From Candidatus Dormiibacterota bacterium (GTDB taxonomy: Bacteria; Chloroflexota; Dormibacteria; Aeolococcales; Aeolococcaceae): a stretch of DNA of 64,000 nt. The position numbers were made by a program, and so were the translations under genes. Below the pieces are notes generated by a model. The model worked only from the letters and a program-made list of their open reading frames with translations, searched no databases and was not told the DNA's origin. Shown here piece by piece: positions 19,726 through 29,734 of the stretch (position 1 is its first letter; each line of letters begins with the position of its first letter). Where the stretch lies: contig DAISRJ010000001.1 of assembly GCA_036828955.1 (NCBI GenBank), positions 69,778 to 133,777 on the forward strand, written 5' to 3'.

Positions 19726-20490
19726 GTGCCGCGCCAGGACGAGATCGTGGAGACGCAGCCCGCCCACCCGGCCGACCCGTCCGCAGAGACGCACAGGCGC
19801 AGTCGCGAAGCCCTGACGGCCGCCCTCCCGGACATCGGCGAGGTCTCCGCTGAATTGATCGGTCACGGGGATGTGCCCCGGCCACGCTCACGACAGGTTC
19901 TCGCCGCTGTGCTCGGCATATCGCCGGCGTCGCTGACACAGATGGACGACACGGATGTCGGCCGCGCTGTGGACCGTTTGCGGGCTCTCATCGACCAGTG
20001 CGCCCGCCTCGCCGACCAGGCGACGGTGGACGAGCTGACGGGCGCGATGCGCCGCGGTTCGGGCATGGCCGCCCTGCAAAGGGAGATCGACCGCAACCGC
20101 CGCTCGCCCGGCAAAGGCCTGGTGGCGATCTTCATCGACCTCGACGGCCTCAAGGCGGTCAACGACCGCGACGGACACGCCGCCGGCGACGAGAGGCTGC
20201 GGGCCACGGTCAAGGCCATCCGCGAACGTCTGCGCTCCTACGACCTCGTCATCCGCTACGGAGGCGACGAGTTCGTCTGCGTGCTCACCAACAGCGACGC
20301 GGCCGAGGCGGAGCGCACCGCCGCAGCCCTTCGTGAGAACGTCCTCCTCGGCGCCCAAGGGTCGATCAGCGTCGGTGTGGCAGAACTTGAGCCCGACGAT
20401 GACGCCGAGGTGCTGGTGGCACGCGCCGACCTGGCCCTCTACACGGGCCGCCGCGTCCGCGACGGCACCGCCTCGCCGGCGGCACCCTAG
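19726..20490 (+). CDS. Diguanylate cyclase (GGDEF domain) with an uncharacterised N-terminal region
   Basis: Active site RYGGDEF with an RxxD I-site (RSYD) 5 residues upstream. DLDGLKAVND metal site. Confidence 0.85.
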   Translation: MPRQDEIVETQPAHPADPSAETHRRSREALTAALPDIGEVSAELIGHGDVPRPRSRQVLAAVLGISPASLTQMDDTDVGRAVDRLRALIDQCARLADQATVDELTGAMRRGSGMAALQREIDRNRRSPGKGLVAIFIDLDGLKAVNDRDGHAAGDERLRATVKAIRERLRSYDLVIRYGGDEFVCVLTNSDAAEAERTAAALRENVLLGAQGSISVGVAELEPDDDAEVLVARADLALYTGRRVRDGTASPAAP

Positions 20491-20510
20491 GGCGACCCTC
20501 GCGGGACCGG

Positions 20511-21389
20511 TCAGGAGCGCAGCACGCGCACCGCGATGACAGCGGCCGCGCCCACCACGAACGAGCCGTACTCGAGGAGCAGCGATCTCCGCCGTCCCCG
20601 GCTGAGGAGCTCGGCGACGATCCCGCGCAGGCCATACCAGATCACCAGCACCAGCGCCGCGCGCACGGTGTCGCGGTGGGCTGCGGGGAGTACGAAGACG
20701 AGGCCGGACATGATCGCGGCGATGACCAACGCCCCGGCCACGGCGACCCGCCCCTGGAGTGCCTCGGTGAGCAGCGCGTCGGCGGAGACCAGCAGCACGC
20801 CAGCCCCGCACAGCCCGGCCGCTGCCCCGATCGGCAGCGGCCCGTCGAACGCGGCCAGGAGCAGCGGGGCGAGAACCACGACGCCGGCGCCGTCGCGGAG
20901 GAGGCGCGCCGCCGTCCCCTCGCGACCGGCCGCCCGCAGGCCACCGAGGTGAGGGATGCCGCCGATCGTGAGCGCCGCGATGATCGCAGCCGGCACGCGT
21001 ACCACGAGGTCGCCCGTCCCGCCCAGCACCACCACGAACGCCGCTATGGCTGCCACCGGGAGAGCCGTGGCCGCCGCCGCGTGACGCACGTCGCGCCCGT
21101 AGACGAGCCTGTCGTAGGCGGTGAGCGTCAGCGCCGTGGCGATGGCGAGCGAGCCACACGCGATGACGCTGCTTCGCACTCCGAGCACCTGGGGACGGAG
21201 GGCAGCGACCACCGCGCAGACCGCAATGCCGAGGGCGGTGTGCACCAGCGGCAGCGGCACGTCGGCGAGCGTGTGCACCTCGGTGCCGATGCCCAGGGCC
21301 GCCCGCGCACTCTCGGCATAGAAGGCGTTGCCGCGGCCGCGACGGGGCGGCCGGTCATCCACGGCGCTCTCTCGCCCCACCCGGTGCAC
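20511..21389 (-). CDS. Integral membrane protein, hypothetical
   Basis: 292-aa Ala/Leu/Val-rich ORF with multiple TM segments. Overlapping ORFs in other frames are Arg/Pro-rich. Confidence 0.55.
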   Translation of the reverse strand: MHRVGRESAVDDRPPRRGRGNAFYAESARAALGIGTEVHTLADVPLPLVHTALGIAVCAVVAALRPQVLGVRSSVIACGSLAIATALTLTAYDRLVYGRDVRHAAAATALPVAAIAAFVVVLGGTGDLVVRVPAAIIAALTIGGIPHLGGLRAAGREGTAARLLRDGAGVVVLAPLLLAAFDGPLPIGAAAGLCGAGVLLVSADALLTEALQGRVAVAGALVIAAIMSGLVFVLPAAHRDTVRAALVLVIWYGLRGIVAELLSRGRRRSLLLEYGSFVVGAAAVIAVRVLRS

Positions 21390-21406
21390 CCGGGGTCAGC
21401 GCCGGG

Positions 21407-21805
21407 TCACGCCGTGCTGCTGCCCGCACGTCCGTAGCTGTCCTCCAGCCGCACCACGTCGTCGACCTCGGGAGAGGAGACCTCGACGAGGTCGGTGTCC
21501 TCGACGCCGATGAAACGATGACGGCGCCCCGGCCGGACGCGGGCGGTCATGCCCGGTGTCATGCGGTGCACGTTCAGCTCGCCGGCGGCGTCCTCGAGGA
21601 CCAGGTCGAGAAGGCCAGAGACGATGAAGATCGACTCATCCTTCTGCACGTGGTACTGCAGGCTGAGCTGGTGGCCCTTCTTGACGTGGATGAGCTTGCC
21701 GATGTACCGGTCGGTGACCGCCCAGCGCAGCTCGTGACCCCAGGGCTTGTCGACGCGTTCTCCCGGTGCCGCACGGACCTCGTCGGCGCCGCCAGACTCA
21801 CTCAT
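21407..21805 (-). CDS. Stand-alone cupin, type II phosphomannose-isomerase-like
   Basis: KPWGHELRW...GHQLSLQYHVQKDESIFIVSG resembles the C-terminal cupin of bifunctional ManC/AlgA-type enzymes. Confidence 0.75.
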   Translation of the reverse strand: MSESGGADEVRAAPGERVDKPWGHELRWAVTDRYIGKLIHVKKGHQLSLQYHVQKDESIFIVSGLLDLVLEDAAGELNVHRMTPGMTARVRPGRRHRFIGVEDTDLVEVSSPEVDDVVRLEDSYGRAGSSTA

Positions 21806-21823
21806 CCGCTGCTTTCGAGCTGG

Positions 21824-23263
21824 TCACGTGGCCTCGACACCGACGTGGTCCTCGAGCGCGCTGATCAGCTCGTCGACCCGCGCCGGCGTGGCCGCCTCGC
21901 TGTAGACGCGCATCAGGGGCTCCGTTCCGCTCATGCGCATCAGCGCCCATGAGCCGTCGCCGAGGTAGAACTTGAAGCCGTCATCCGTGCGGGTGCGCAC
22001 CACCGGCTCGCCGGCGAGCTCCTGCGGCGTGTCCTTTTCCATGCGCTCGTAGACAGCCGCCTTGCGCTGCGGGTAGCCCTCGCGCTCGAAGCGGATGTCG
22101 TGGCGCTTGTACGCGTGCGGACCGACCAGGGAGAAGAGCCGCTCGACGATCTGCGAGAGGGGCTGCCCGTACTCGACGATCATGTCGGCAACCATGAGCC
22201 CGGCGAGGACGCCGTCGCGCTCCGGGATGTGCCCGCGGAAGGCGAATCCGCCGGACTCCTCGCCACCGAGGATGGCGTCGGTCTCACGCATGGTGGCGCC
22301 GATGTACTTGAAGCCCACAGGGAGCTCGTGGACGGTCACGCCGAAGCGCTCGCCGAGCGCGTCGACCATGTTGGTCGTGGTCAGCGAGCGCACGATGTCG
22401 CCGCGCAGACCGCGCTTCTCGAGCAGGTACATGCTGAAGAGCGCCATCACCTCCAACTGGTTCACGTAGCGGCCCTTCTCGTCGATGATGCCGACCCGGT
22501 CGGCGTCGCCGTCGTTGGCGATGGCCATGTCGTAGCCACCCCCGGCCATCAGCGCCATCGCCTCCGGCATGTAACGGTCGATGGGCTCCGGGTGCATGCC
22601 ACCGAAGCCGGGATTGCGATCGCAATGGAGCTCGGTGACGGTCGTGCTCCCGCCACCCAGCGCGTGAGCGATCAGGCCCGCGCCCGCCCCGTACATGGCC
22701 TCGTGGACCACCTTCAACCCGGCGCCGCGCAGGCGCGGGAGGTCGACCATGCGGCCCAGCTGCGCTGTATACGAGGGCAGCGGGTCGAACAGCTCGACCC
22801 TCCCCGAAGACAGGGCGTCGTCGAAGGACATGGCGGTGACGCCCTGGGCGAGCGCACGCGCGGTGTTCTTCTCCAGCTCGGCGACCACCTCAGGCGAGGC
22901 CGAACCGCCGAAGTCGGGCTTGTATTTGAGCCCGTTGAACTCCATGGGGTTGTGGCTGGCGGTGACCATGATCCCCCCGGCAGCCTTCCTGTCCACCACC
23001 GTCCAGGACACCGCCGGAGTGGGCACGACGCGGTCGAGGAGGATGACCGTGCGGCCGTTGGCGGCGAGGACGCGGGCGACCTCGCGGGCGAACAGCTCCG
23101 CGCAGTAGCGGGCGTCGTGGCCGACCACGACCGGGCGTGTCTCGCCCTCGAGGTAGGTGGCCGCCCCCTGCGCCACGGCGCGGACGTTGGCGTAGGTGAA
23201 GTCGTCGCCGACGATCGCTCGCCAGCCGTCGGTACCAAACAGAATCTCATCCACAGCGGGCAT
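21824..23263 (-). CDS. Phosphomannomutase/phosphoglucomutase
   Basis: Active-site TASHNP (VTASHNPMEFNG) and Mg site ANDGDADRVG. 479 aa. Confidence 0.9.
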   Translation of the reverse strand: MPAVDEILFGTDGWRAIVGDDFTYANVRAVAQGAATYLEGETRPVVVGHDARYCAELFAREVARVLAANGRTVILLDRVVPTPAVSWTVVDRKAAGGIMVTASHNPMEFNGLKYKPDFGGSASPEVVAELEKNTARALAQGVTAMSFDDALSSGRVELFDPLPSYTAQLGRMVDLPRLRGAGLKVVHEAMYGAGAGLIAHALGGGSTTVTELHCDRNPGFGGMHPEPIDRYMPEAMALMAGGGYDMAIANDGDADRVGIIDEKGRYVNQLEVMALFSMYLLEKRGLRGDIVRSLTTTNMVDALGERFGVTVHELPVGFKYIGATMRETDAILGGEESGGFAFRGHIPERDGVLAGLMVADMIVEYGQPLSQIVERLFSLVGPHAYKRHDIRFEREGYPQRKAAVYERMEKDTPQELAGEPVVRTRTDDGFKFYLGDGSWALMRMSGTEPLMRVYSEAATPARVDELISALEDHVGVEAT

Positions 23264-23295
23264 TCTGCCCGATGCGAGATAGCTGGGGGAGACCC

Positions 23296-24435
23296 CTAGA
23301 GAAGGTGATCCCGTCCCTGCGCTCGGAGCCGCTCGACGACCTTCCTGACATCCTGCGACGCCGTCGCCGGCATGACCATGACGCTGTCGCCGGAGTCCAC
23401 CACAACGAGCCCGTCGACGCCCATCAGCACCACGGTACGGCCCCCGTGGGACTCGACGAGGCAGTCGTGGCTGTCGATGAGCACTGCCTGGCCATCTGAG
23501 ACGTTGCCGTCAGCGTCGGCGCGCCCGGCCCGGGCGTCCATGAGGTCCGACCATGACCCGAGGTCGGACCACGCGAACGCTGCTCGCACCACCGTCAGGC
23601 GCGAGCTGCGTTCCAGGAGCAGTGGCTCGACCGCCGTCGAGGGCAACGCCGCGTAGACCTCGGCGGCGCGCTCCTCGCGACCGGCGGCGCGTTCCTCGAC
23701 GACGTGGCGAAGCGCAGCGTCCAGGGCGGGCTCCACGGCGGCGAGCTCCTCCAGGAAGCCGCGGGCGGTCCAGGCGAACAGCCCCAGGTTCCAGAGGTGG
23801 CTCCCGTCGGCCACGAATGTCGTGGCCCGGTCGAGTGGCGGCTTCTCCACGAAGGCGGCCGCGTGCGCGGCGGGGAGCGCGGCGGCGGCCGCGAGGAGGA
23901 CCGCGTCCGCGACCACGCCGGCCGGGGGTGTCCATGCATCCGGCTGCTGCGCCTCCCCCACCTCGATGTAGCCCAGCCCGGTGGCCGCGAAGGTGGGGAT
24001 CAGCCCGACGGTGGCGAGCCCCCCCGTGCTCTGCGCCCACCCGGCAGCGGCCAGGATGGCCACGCGGTACGCCTCGGTGTCCGTGACGTGATGATCGGCA
24101 TGCACCGACACGATGAGCGCGTCAGGATCATCGCGCGCGACCTGGTGCACCGCCAGGCCGAGCGCCGGACCGGTGCCGCGAGGGCGCGGCTCGGGGATCG
24201 CCGAGACGTCGCCGGCCGCGCTGCCCTCAAGGGCGGCGGCGCACGCTGCCACCTGCGCGCTCGCCGTGACCACGTGGATGGCGCCGCCCAGCGGCGCCAC
24301 GCGGTCGACGGTGGCACGGAGCAGCGCCTGGCCGTCGGGCCCGAGAGGAAGGAGGTGCTTGGGCATCGACTCGCGGCTGAGCGGCCACAGACGTGTGCCG
24401 AAGCCTCCGGCCAGAACGAGGATGTGGAATGCCAC
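23296..24435 (-). CDS. manC: Mannose-1-phosphate guanylyltransferase (no fused cupin)
   Basis: N-terminal VLAGGFGTRLWPLS nucleotidyltransferase motif. GTG start. Confidence 0.85.
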   Translation of the reverse strand: MAFHILVLAGGFGTRLWPLSRESMPKHLLPLGPDGQALLRATVDRVAPLGGAIHVVTASAQVAACAAALEGSAAGDVSAIPEPRPRGTGPALGLAVHQVARDDPDALIVSVHADHHVTDTEAYRVAILAAAGWAQSTGGLATVGLIPTFAATGLGYIEVGEAQQPDAWTPPAGVVADAVLLAAAAALPAAHAAAFVEKPPLDRATTFVADGSHLWNLGLFAWTARGFLEELAAVEPALDAALRHVVEERAAGREERAAEVYAALPSTAVEPLLLERSSRLTVVRAAFAWSDLGSWSDLMDARAGRADADGNVSDGQAVLIDSHDCLVESHGGRTVVLMGVDGLVVVDSGDSVMVMPATASQDVRKVVERLRAQGRDHLL

Positions 24436-24471
24436 GGCCGCGATGATGCCCGAGGAGTGGCAGTGGCGGGG

Positions 24472-25656
24472 TCAGCCGGCCGCGGCGAGGGCGAGCATCG
24501 GCTCTGTGCCGGCGTCCTCGGCGAGGTCGAGGGCGCGGTCGGTGCGCTCCCAGGGGAGGTCGAGGTCACTCCGTCCGAAGTGGCCGAAAGCCGCGACCTG
24601 GCGGTAGATGGGACGGCGCAACTCGAGAGCGGAGATGATCCCGAACGGCGAGAGATCGAAATGCTTGGCGACGAGCTCCTCGATGCGCTCGAGGGGAATT
24701 GTCTCGGTGCCGAACGTCTCCACCAGCGTGGACACCGGCTTGACGACACCGATGGCGTAGGCCACCTGGATCTCGCACTTGCTGGCCATCCCTGCGGCGA
24801 CGATGTTCTTGGCCACCCACCGTGCCCCGTAGGCAGCACTGCGATCGACCTTGGTCGGGTCCTTGCCACTGAAGGCGCCGCCGCCGTGGCGCGCGTAGCC
24901 GCCGTAGGTGTCGACGATGATCTTGCGGCCGGTGAGGCCGGCATCGCCCTGGGGGCCGCCGATGACGAAGCGGCCGGTCGGGTTGACGTGACGGATGGTG
25001 GCGTCGTCCATCCACTCGGCCGGGATCACCTCGTTGACGACGTGGCGCTGGACCTCCTCGTAGATCTGCTCATGCGAGGCGTCCTCGGAGTGCTGGATGC
25101 TCACCAGCACGTTGTCGACACGGCGCGGACGTCCCAGCTCGTCGTACTCGACGGTGACCTGGGTCTTGCCGTCGGGGCGCGCCCAGCGCAGGGTGCCGTC
25201 GCGGCGCTTCTCGCTGACACGACGGGCGAGGCGGTGGGCCAGCTGGATGGGCGCCGGCATCAGCTCGGGGGTCTCGTCGCAGGCGAAGCCGAACATCATC
25301 CCCTGGTCACCGGCGCCGCCGGTGTTGACGCCCTGGGCGATGTCCGGTGACTGCTCGTCGATGCAGACGAGCACGCCGCAGGTCTCGTAGTCGAACCCGT
25401 ACTTGGCGCGGACGTAGCCGATGTCCTTGATGGTGCGGCGCACGATCCCGGCGATGTCGACATACGCGTTGGTGGATATCTCACCGAAGACCAGGGCGGT
25501 GCCCGTGGTCAGGGCGGTCTCACAGGCCACACGGCCCATCGGGTCCTTCTCCAGGACCGCGTCGAGGACGGCGTCACTGACCTGGTCAGCGATCTTGTCA
25601 GGATGACCCTCGGTCACAGACTCGGAGGTGAAGAGACGCCGGCGGCTGTGAGTCAT
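24472..25656 (-). CDS. metK: S-adenosylmethionine synthetase
   Basis: Start at ATG 25656 (GGAGA RBS). Motifs [26 protein letters not shown] and GGGAFSGKD. Confidence 0.93.
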   Translation of the reverse strand: MTHSRRRLFTSESVTEGHPDKIADQVSDAVLDAVLEKDPMGRVACETALTTGTALVFGEISTNAYVDIAGIVRRTIKDIGYVRAKYGFDYETCGVLVCIDEQSPDIAQGVNTGGAGDQGMMFGFACDETPELMPAPIQLAHRLARRVSEKRRDGTLRWARPDGKTQVTVEYDELGRPRRVDNVLVSIQHSEDASHEQIYEEVQRHVVNEVIPAEWMDDATIRHVNPTGRFVIGGPQGDAGLTGRKIIVDTYGGYARHGGGAFSGKDPTKVDRSAAYGARWVAKNIVAAGMASKCEIQVAYAIGVVKPVSTLVETFGTETIPLERIEELVAKHFDLSPFGIISALELRRPIYRQVAAFGHFGRSDLDLPWERTDRALDLAEDAGTEPMLALAAAG

Positions 25657-25871
25657 AGGTCTCCTTCGACCCCACCGGTGGCCACCCCGGCGCCCAGGTG
25701 CGCCAGCGCCCGCTCCTGTCCGGGATCGGCGCGATGGTACCAGCGAAGGCCTTCCTGAGATCGAAACGTGTTCGAGGCGGCGGTGGTCATCGAACCCGTG
25801 ACCGTGTACTGTTACCTGCACGTATCACTTATGACCGGGCGCCCAAACGTCCCGGCGGAGGACCTTGGCGC

Positions 25872-26213
25872 GTGCCGGTAGACCAGACCCTGCGTTGCCG
25901 CGAGTGCGGCGTTGACTTCATTTGGACCGAGGGGGAACAGGAGTTCTTCGCTTCCCGCGGTCTGACCAATCCCCCTTCCCGCTGCCCGAGCTGTCGCGCC
26001 GCGAGACGGGCCGCAGCCGGTGGGTCCGGCGGCGGAGGCGGCTACGGTGGTGGTGGCGGCGGAGGCGGCGGGTACGGTGCCCGCTCCAGCGGACCGCGCC
26101 AGATGTACGAGGTGACCTGCGCCGGCTGCGGCGGCATCGCGCGCGTGCCCTTCCAGCCACGAGGTGACAAGCCCGTCTACTGCAGCGACTGCTTCCGGCC
26201 AACCGGCCGTTGA
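25872..26213 (+). CDS. Double zinc-ribbon protein with a Gly/Tyr-rich linker
   Basis: GTG start. CRECG...CPSCR, then GGSGGGGGYGGGGGGGGGYG, then CAGCG...CSDCF. Resembles the zf-trcl type of zinc ribbon, identified from memory. Confidence 0.7.
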   Translation: MPVDQTLRCRECGVDFIWTEGEQEFFASRGLTNPPSRCPSCRAARRAAAGGSGGGGGYGGGGGGGGGYGARSSGPRQMYEVTCAGCGGIARVPFQPRGDKPVYCSDCFRPTGR

Positions 26214-26491
26214 GCGATGCCGCGCCGGACGGCGCCATTGCGATCGGCAGCAGAGTGACCTTCCCGTACGGCGGCAGCCGCCGTACGGGGACGGTCGCCG
26301 ACGTGTCGGTCCTCCCCGACGCGTCCGGTAGCCGCCTGGTGTCCTACCTGATCGACGTCGGCACCCGCAAGGTGTTCGTCCAGGGCGATGGCATCCAGCT
26401 CGCCAGCAATGCACCCGTTGCCGCGTTCGACGCGGTGGCGGAGGGCGTCGCCTACGGGCGCAAGCGGCCGCGCAACCCGCGCCGCCGCTGA
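26210..26491 (+). CDS. Small hypothetical protein, possibly Tudor/SH3-like (DUF2945-like)
   Basis: High third-position GC. The TTG start overlaps the upstream stop. G-x-x-V-x-F-x-Y-G-G...G-x-V pattern. The start codon is uncertain. Confidence 0.5.
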   Translation: MSDAAPDGAIAIGSRVTFPYGGSRRTGTVADVSVLPDASGSRLVSYLIDVGTRKVFVQGDGIQLASNAPVAAFDAVAEGVAYGRKRPRNPRRR

Positions 26492-26572
26492 GGGACGCCA
26501 CCAGCCTGTCAGAAGCGTAGCGAGGAGGTCACGACGGCTGTCGTCGCCGCCTCTGCACGTATTCTCGACACG

Positions 26573-27226
26573 ATGCACATTCCCGCCCTACATCCCGTAC
26601 GCGTCAAACGCGGTCCGGCGAGGCGCGCCCTGATCGCTCTCGGGCTGATCGCCATCCTCGCCGGCATCGGCCTGTTGGCGGTACCGCTCCTGGGCGTCTG
26701 GCAACGCGGCCAGGCGGACCAGACCGCCCTCAGTTCGTGGCAGAAGGGAGGCTCCAACGCCCTCGCCGGCGCTCCGGCGACCAGCACAGCGGCGCCTCGC
26801 ACCGTGGCTTGCGGCTCGGGGTCACCGTCCGACTACGCCCTGGTGAGCTTCAGCGCGCCCACGGCCGATCACTACGCCGGTGTTGCCACAGACGGCACCT
26901 GGGACTCGCTGCACAATCGCTCGATGGTCCATTACACGGGCACGCCGGCCCCGGGCGCCCAGGGCAACTCCATCATCGCCTTCCACCGCGAGCCCGACTA
27001 CGAGCACATCGACCAGCTCGTCGTCGGAGACACGGTCAGCGTCCAGGACCAGTCCTGCCATACGTTCGTCTACAAGATCACCGGCCGCTGGGTGCTCGAC
27101 CCCAACAAGGTCACCCAGCTTCAACCGACGAGCGGTCACGACCTGACGTTGATCACCTGCACACCCTTCTGGGTGGACAGCCAGCGCATCGTCTGGCGCG
27201 CCAGCCTGGTTCCCAGCACAAGCTGA
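26573..27226 (+). CDS. Sortase (class E-like)
   Basis: N-terminal TM anchor, catalytic His region (IIAFHRE), TLITCTP catalytic Cys motif, conserved Arg near the C-terminus. Confidence 0.85.
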   Translation: MHIPALHPVRVKRGPARRALIALGLIAILAGIGLLAVPLLGVWQRGQADQTALSSWQKGGSNALAGAPATSTAAPRTVACGSGSPSDYALVSFSAPTADHYAGVATDGTWDSLHNRSMVHYTGTPAPGAQGNSIIAFHREPDYEHIDQLVVGDTVSVQDQSCHTFVYKITGRWVLDPNKVTQLQPTSGHDLTLITCTPFWVDSQRIVWRASLVPSTS

Positions 27227-27239
27227 GGATCGCGCAGCT

Positions 27240-28805
27240 CTACGTCGGGTAGTTGCCGTGGTGACGGGCGACGTCGTCGCGCGTGCGCGTCGAGTACGCC
27301 GCGAAGCGGCGCACCAGCTCGCCACGCAGTTCGGCGGGATCGACAACGGCGTCGACGATCAGCTCGTCGGCGAGCCGGTAGATGTCGATGTCCGCGCGGT
27401 ACTCCTCCTGCAGCGTCTGCACGAAGGCCGAGCGCTCCTCCTCCGGTAGTTCCTGGATGCGGTTGTAGTACACCGCGTTGACCGCTGCCTCGGGGCCCAT
27501 CACCGCGATCTGCGCGGACGGCAGGGCCAGCGTGCAGTCGGGGTCGAACGCGGGGCCACACATCGCGTAGAGCCCGGCGCCGTACGCCTTGCGCATGACC
27601 ACGCACACCTTGGGCACGCCCGCCTGGCTGAGCGCGGCGATCATCTTGGCGCCGTGGCGGATGATTCCCTGACGCTCGACGGCGGTGCCGATCATGAAAC
27701 CCGGAACGTCGGCGAGGAAGAGCAGCGGGATGTTGAAGGCGTCGCAGCAGGTGATGAACCGCGCTGCCTTGTCGGCCGAGTCGACGAAGAGCACACCCCC
27801 CTTGAAGCGAGGCTGCGAGGCGAGGATGCCGACGGCGCGGCCGTCGAGCCGTGCGAAGCCGGTGACCAGCTCGCGCGCGAAGAGCCTCTTGATCTCGAAG
27901 AAGGAGCCGGCGTCGACAAGCGCCCTGATCACCTCTTGCACGTCGTAGCCACGCCCCGGCTCCAGCGGGATGATCGACTCGATCGCGGCGGCGTCCTCGA
28001 TGGGCGCGGCCGGCTCCGCCGGCGCCACCGTATCGTGCCACGACGACGGCATGTACGAGAGGTAACGCCGCGCCGCCGCGATGGCGTCGTCCTCGGTGGC
28101 GGCGAGGATGTCACCGCAACCGCTGACGCTGCAGTGCATGCGCGCGCCACCCATCTCCTCGAGCGACACCTTCTCCCCCACCACCACCTCGGCCATGCGC
28201 GGTGAGCCCAGGTACATGGACGCGTTGCCCTCGACCATGATCACCGTGTCGCAGAACGCGGGAATGTACGCGCCGCCCGCGGCCGAGGGCCCGAACAGGA
28301 CGCACACCTGCGGCACCTGACCGGAGAGGCGCACCTGCATGCGGAAGATGCGTCCCGCGTGGCGCCGGCCCGGGAACATGGCGACCTGGTCGGTGATGCG
28401 TGCCCCGGCGGAATCCACAAGGTATGCCATGGGGATCTGCAGGCGCTCGGCGGTCTCGAGGACACGCACGATCTTCTCGACGGTGCGCGCTCCCCAACTG
28501 CCGGCCTTCACCGAGGGGTCGTTGGCCATGACCGCGCACGCACGACGGCCGAGCGTGCCGATGCCTGTGATGACGCCGTCGGCGGGCAGGTCGGCGGCGA
28601 GGTTGTTGGCCAGCAGGCCATCCTCGACGAAGTCGCTACCCGGGTCGAGCAGCCTGGCGATGCGCTCGCGCGGCATGAGCTTGTTCTGCTCCTCGAGCTT
28701 GGCCCTTGCCTTCTCCGATCCACCGCTGCGCGCGCGCTGCAGGCGGGCTGCGAGGTCGGTGGCGTCGTGCACCGCCGGCTCGCCGGGCCGGGCCGTGTCG
28801 GTCAC
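27240..28805 (-). CDS. Acyl-CoA carboxylase carboxyltransferase (beta) subunit, probably methylcrotonyl-CoA carboxylase
   Basis: 521-aa carboxyl_trans-type sequence. GTGA-coupled to the upstream HMG-CoA lyase gene (leucine catabolism context). Confidence 0.88.
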   Translation of the reverse strand: MTDTARPGEPAVHDATDLAARLQRARSGGSEKARAKLEEQNKLMPRERIARLLDPGSDFVEDGLLANNLAADLPADGVITGIGTLGRRACAVMANDPSVKAGSWGARTVEKIVRVLETAERLQIPMAYLVDSAGARITDQVAMFPGRRHAGRIFRMQVRLSGQVPQVCVLFGPSAAGGAYIPAFCDTVIMVEGNASMYLGSPRMAEVVVGEKVSLEEMGGARMHCSVSGCGDILAATEDDAIAAARRYLSYMPSSWHDTVAPAEPAAPIEDAAAIESIIPLEPGRGYDVQEVIRALVDAGSFFEIKRLFARELVTGFARLDGRAVGILASQPRFKGGVLFVDSADKAARFITCCDAFNIPLLFLADVPGFMIGTAVERQGIIRHGAKMIAALSQAGVPKVCVVMRKAYGAGLYAMCGPAFDPDCTLALPSAQIAVMGPEAAVNAVYYNRIQELPEEERSAFVQTLQEEYRADIDIYRLADELIVDAVVDPAELRGELVRRFAAYSTRTRDDVARHHGNYPT

Positions 28806-29734
28806 GCCGTCGACGCCGCCATCGTCGCCGGCGACCAGACCCCGGCGCGATACAGCTTGCCGGGCAGCTCCATGCCCAGGTCGACGCCGAGAGCCTCGCT
28901 GACGGCGCAGTAGGCGACGAGGTCACAACCGTGCGTGGCGCCGGCACTGGCCACCGCCTGGAGCGCGTCCTCGCTGCAGACGTTGCCCGTCGAGCGCGGT
29001 GCGAATGGGCAGCCGCCGAGTCCGCCGGCGCTGCCGTCGAAGTGGGTCACGCCGGCCTCGTAGGCGACGAGCACGTTGGCGACGCCGAGTCCCCGTGTGT
29101 CGTGGACGTGCAGCGAGAGCTGTTCTCCCGGGACGACGGCGCCGGCCCGCGTGCAGAGGTCGCGCACCGCCGCGGGGTGGGCGACACCGATCGTGTCGGC
29201 GATACCCACCTCGTCAGCGCCACGACGCACAAGCTCGGCGCACAGGTCCACGACCCGCTGCGGGTCGACCTCGCCCTCGAATGGGCACCCGAAGCTCACC
29301 GACACGGCGACGTCCACCGTGCAGCCCGCAGCGCGCGCATCGGCCACGACGGTGTCGAGGTCGTCAAGCGACTCGGCGACACTGCGGTTGACGTTACGAC
29401 GGTTGAACGATTCGGTGGCGCCGATCGTGTACAGAACGTTGTGCACACCGTGGCCGAGGGCAAGCTCGAGGCCGCGCCGGTTGGGGATGAGCACGCGCAC
29501 CCGCGGCAGCGAATCCGCGCCGAGATCGCGGAGCACCTCGGCGGCATCGGCCAGTTGCGGCACCCACGCCGGCGACACGAAGGACGTGGCCTCGACGCGC
29601 GGTACGCCGGCCGCGAGCAGGCCCTCGATGAGCCGGACCTTCACCTCTGTGGAAACCGCGGCGGCGACGTTCTGCAGGCCGTCGCGCGGCGCAACGTCCG
29701 TCCACGTGACCTCAGCCATCGCCGCTGTCCTCAC
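28802..29734 (-). CDS. Hydroxymethylglutaryl-CoA lyase
   Basis: DVAPRDGLQN and LHVHDTRGLGVANV motifs. Confidence 0.9.
   Translation of the reverse strand: MRTAAMAEVTWTDVAPRDGLQNVAAAVSTEVKVRLIEGLLAAGVPRVEATSFVSPAWVPQLADAAEVLRDLGADSLPRVRVLIPNRRGLELALGHGVHNVLYTIGATESFNRRNVNRSVAESLDDLDTVVADARAAGCTVDVAVSVSFGCPFEGEVDPQRVVDLCAELVRRGADEVGIADTIGVAHPAAVRDLCTRAGAVVPGEQLSLHVHDTRGLGVANVLVAYEAGVTHFDGSAGGLGGCPFAPRSTGNVCSEDALQAVASAGATHGCDLVAYCAVSEALGVDLGMELPGKLYRAGVWSPATMAASTA

Noticed and set aside
25657-25871. SAM-I/SAM-IV riboswitch upstream of metK.
   Set aside because: I inspected the reverse-complemented leader and none of the conserved core strings were present. The long gap itself is kept as a low-interest finding pending a covariance-model search.
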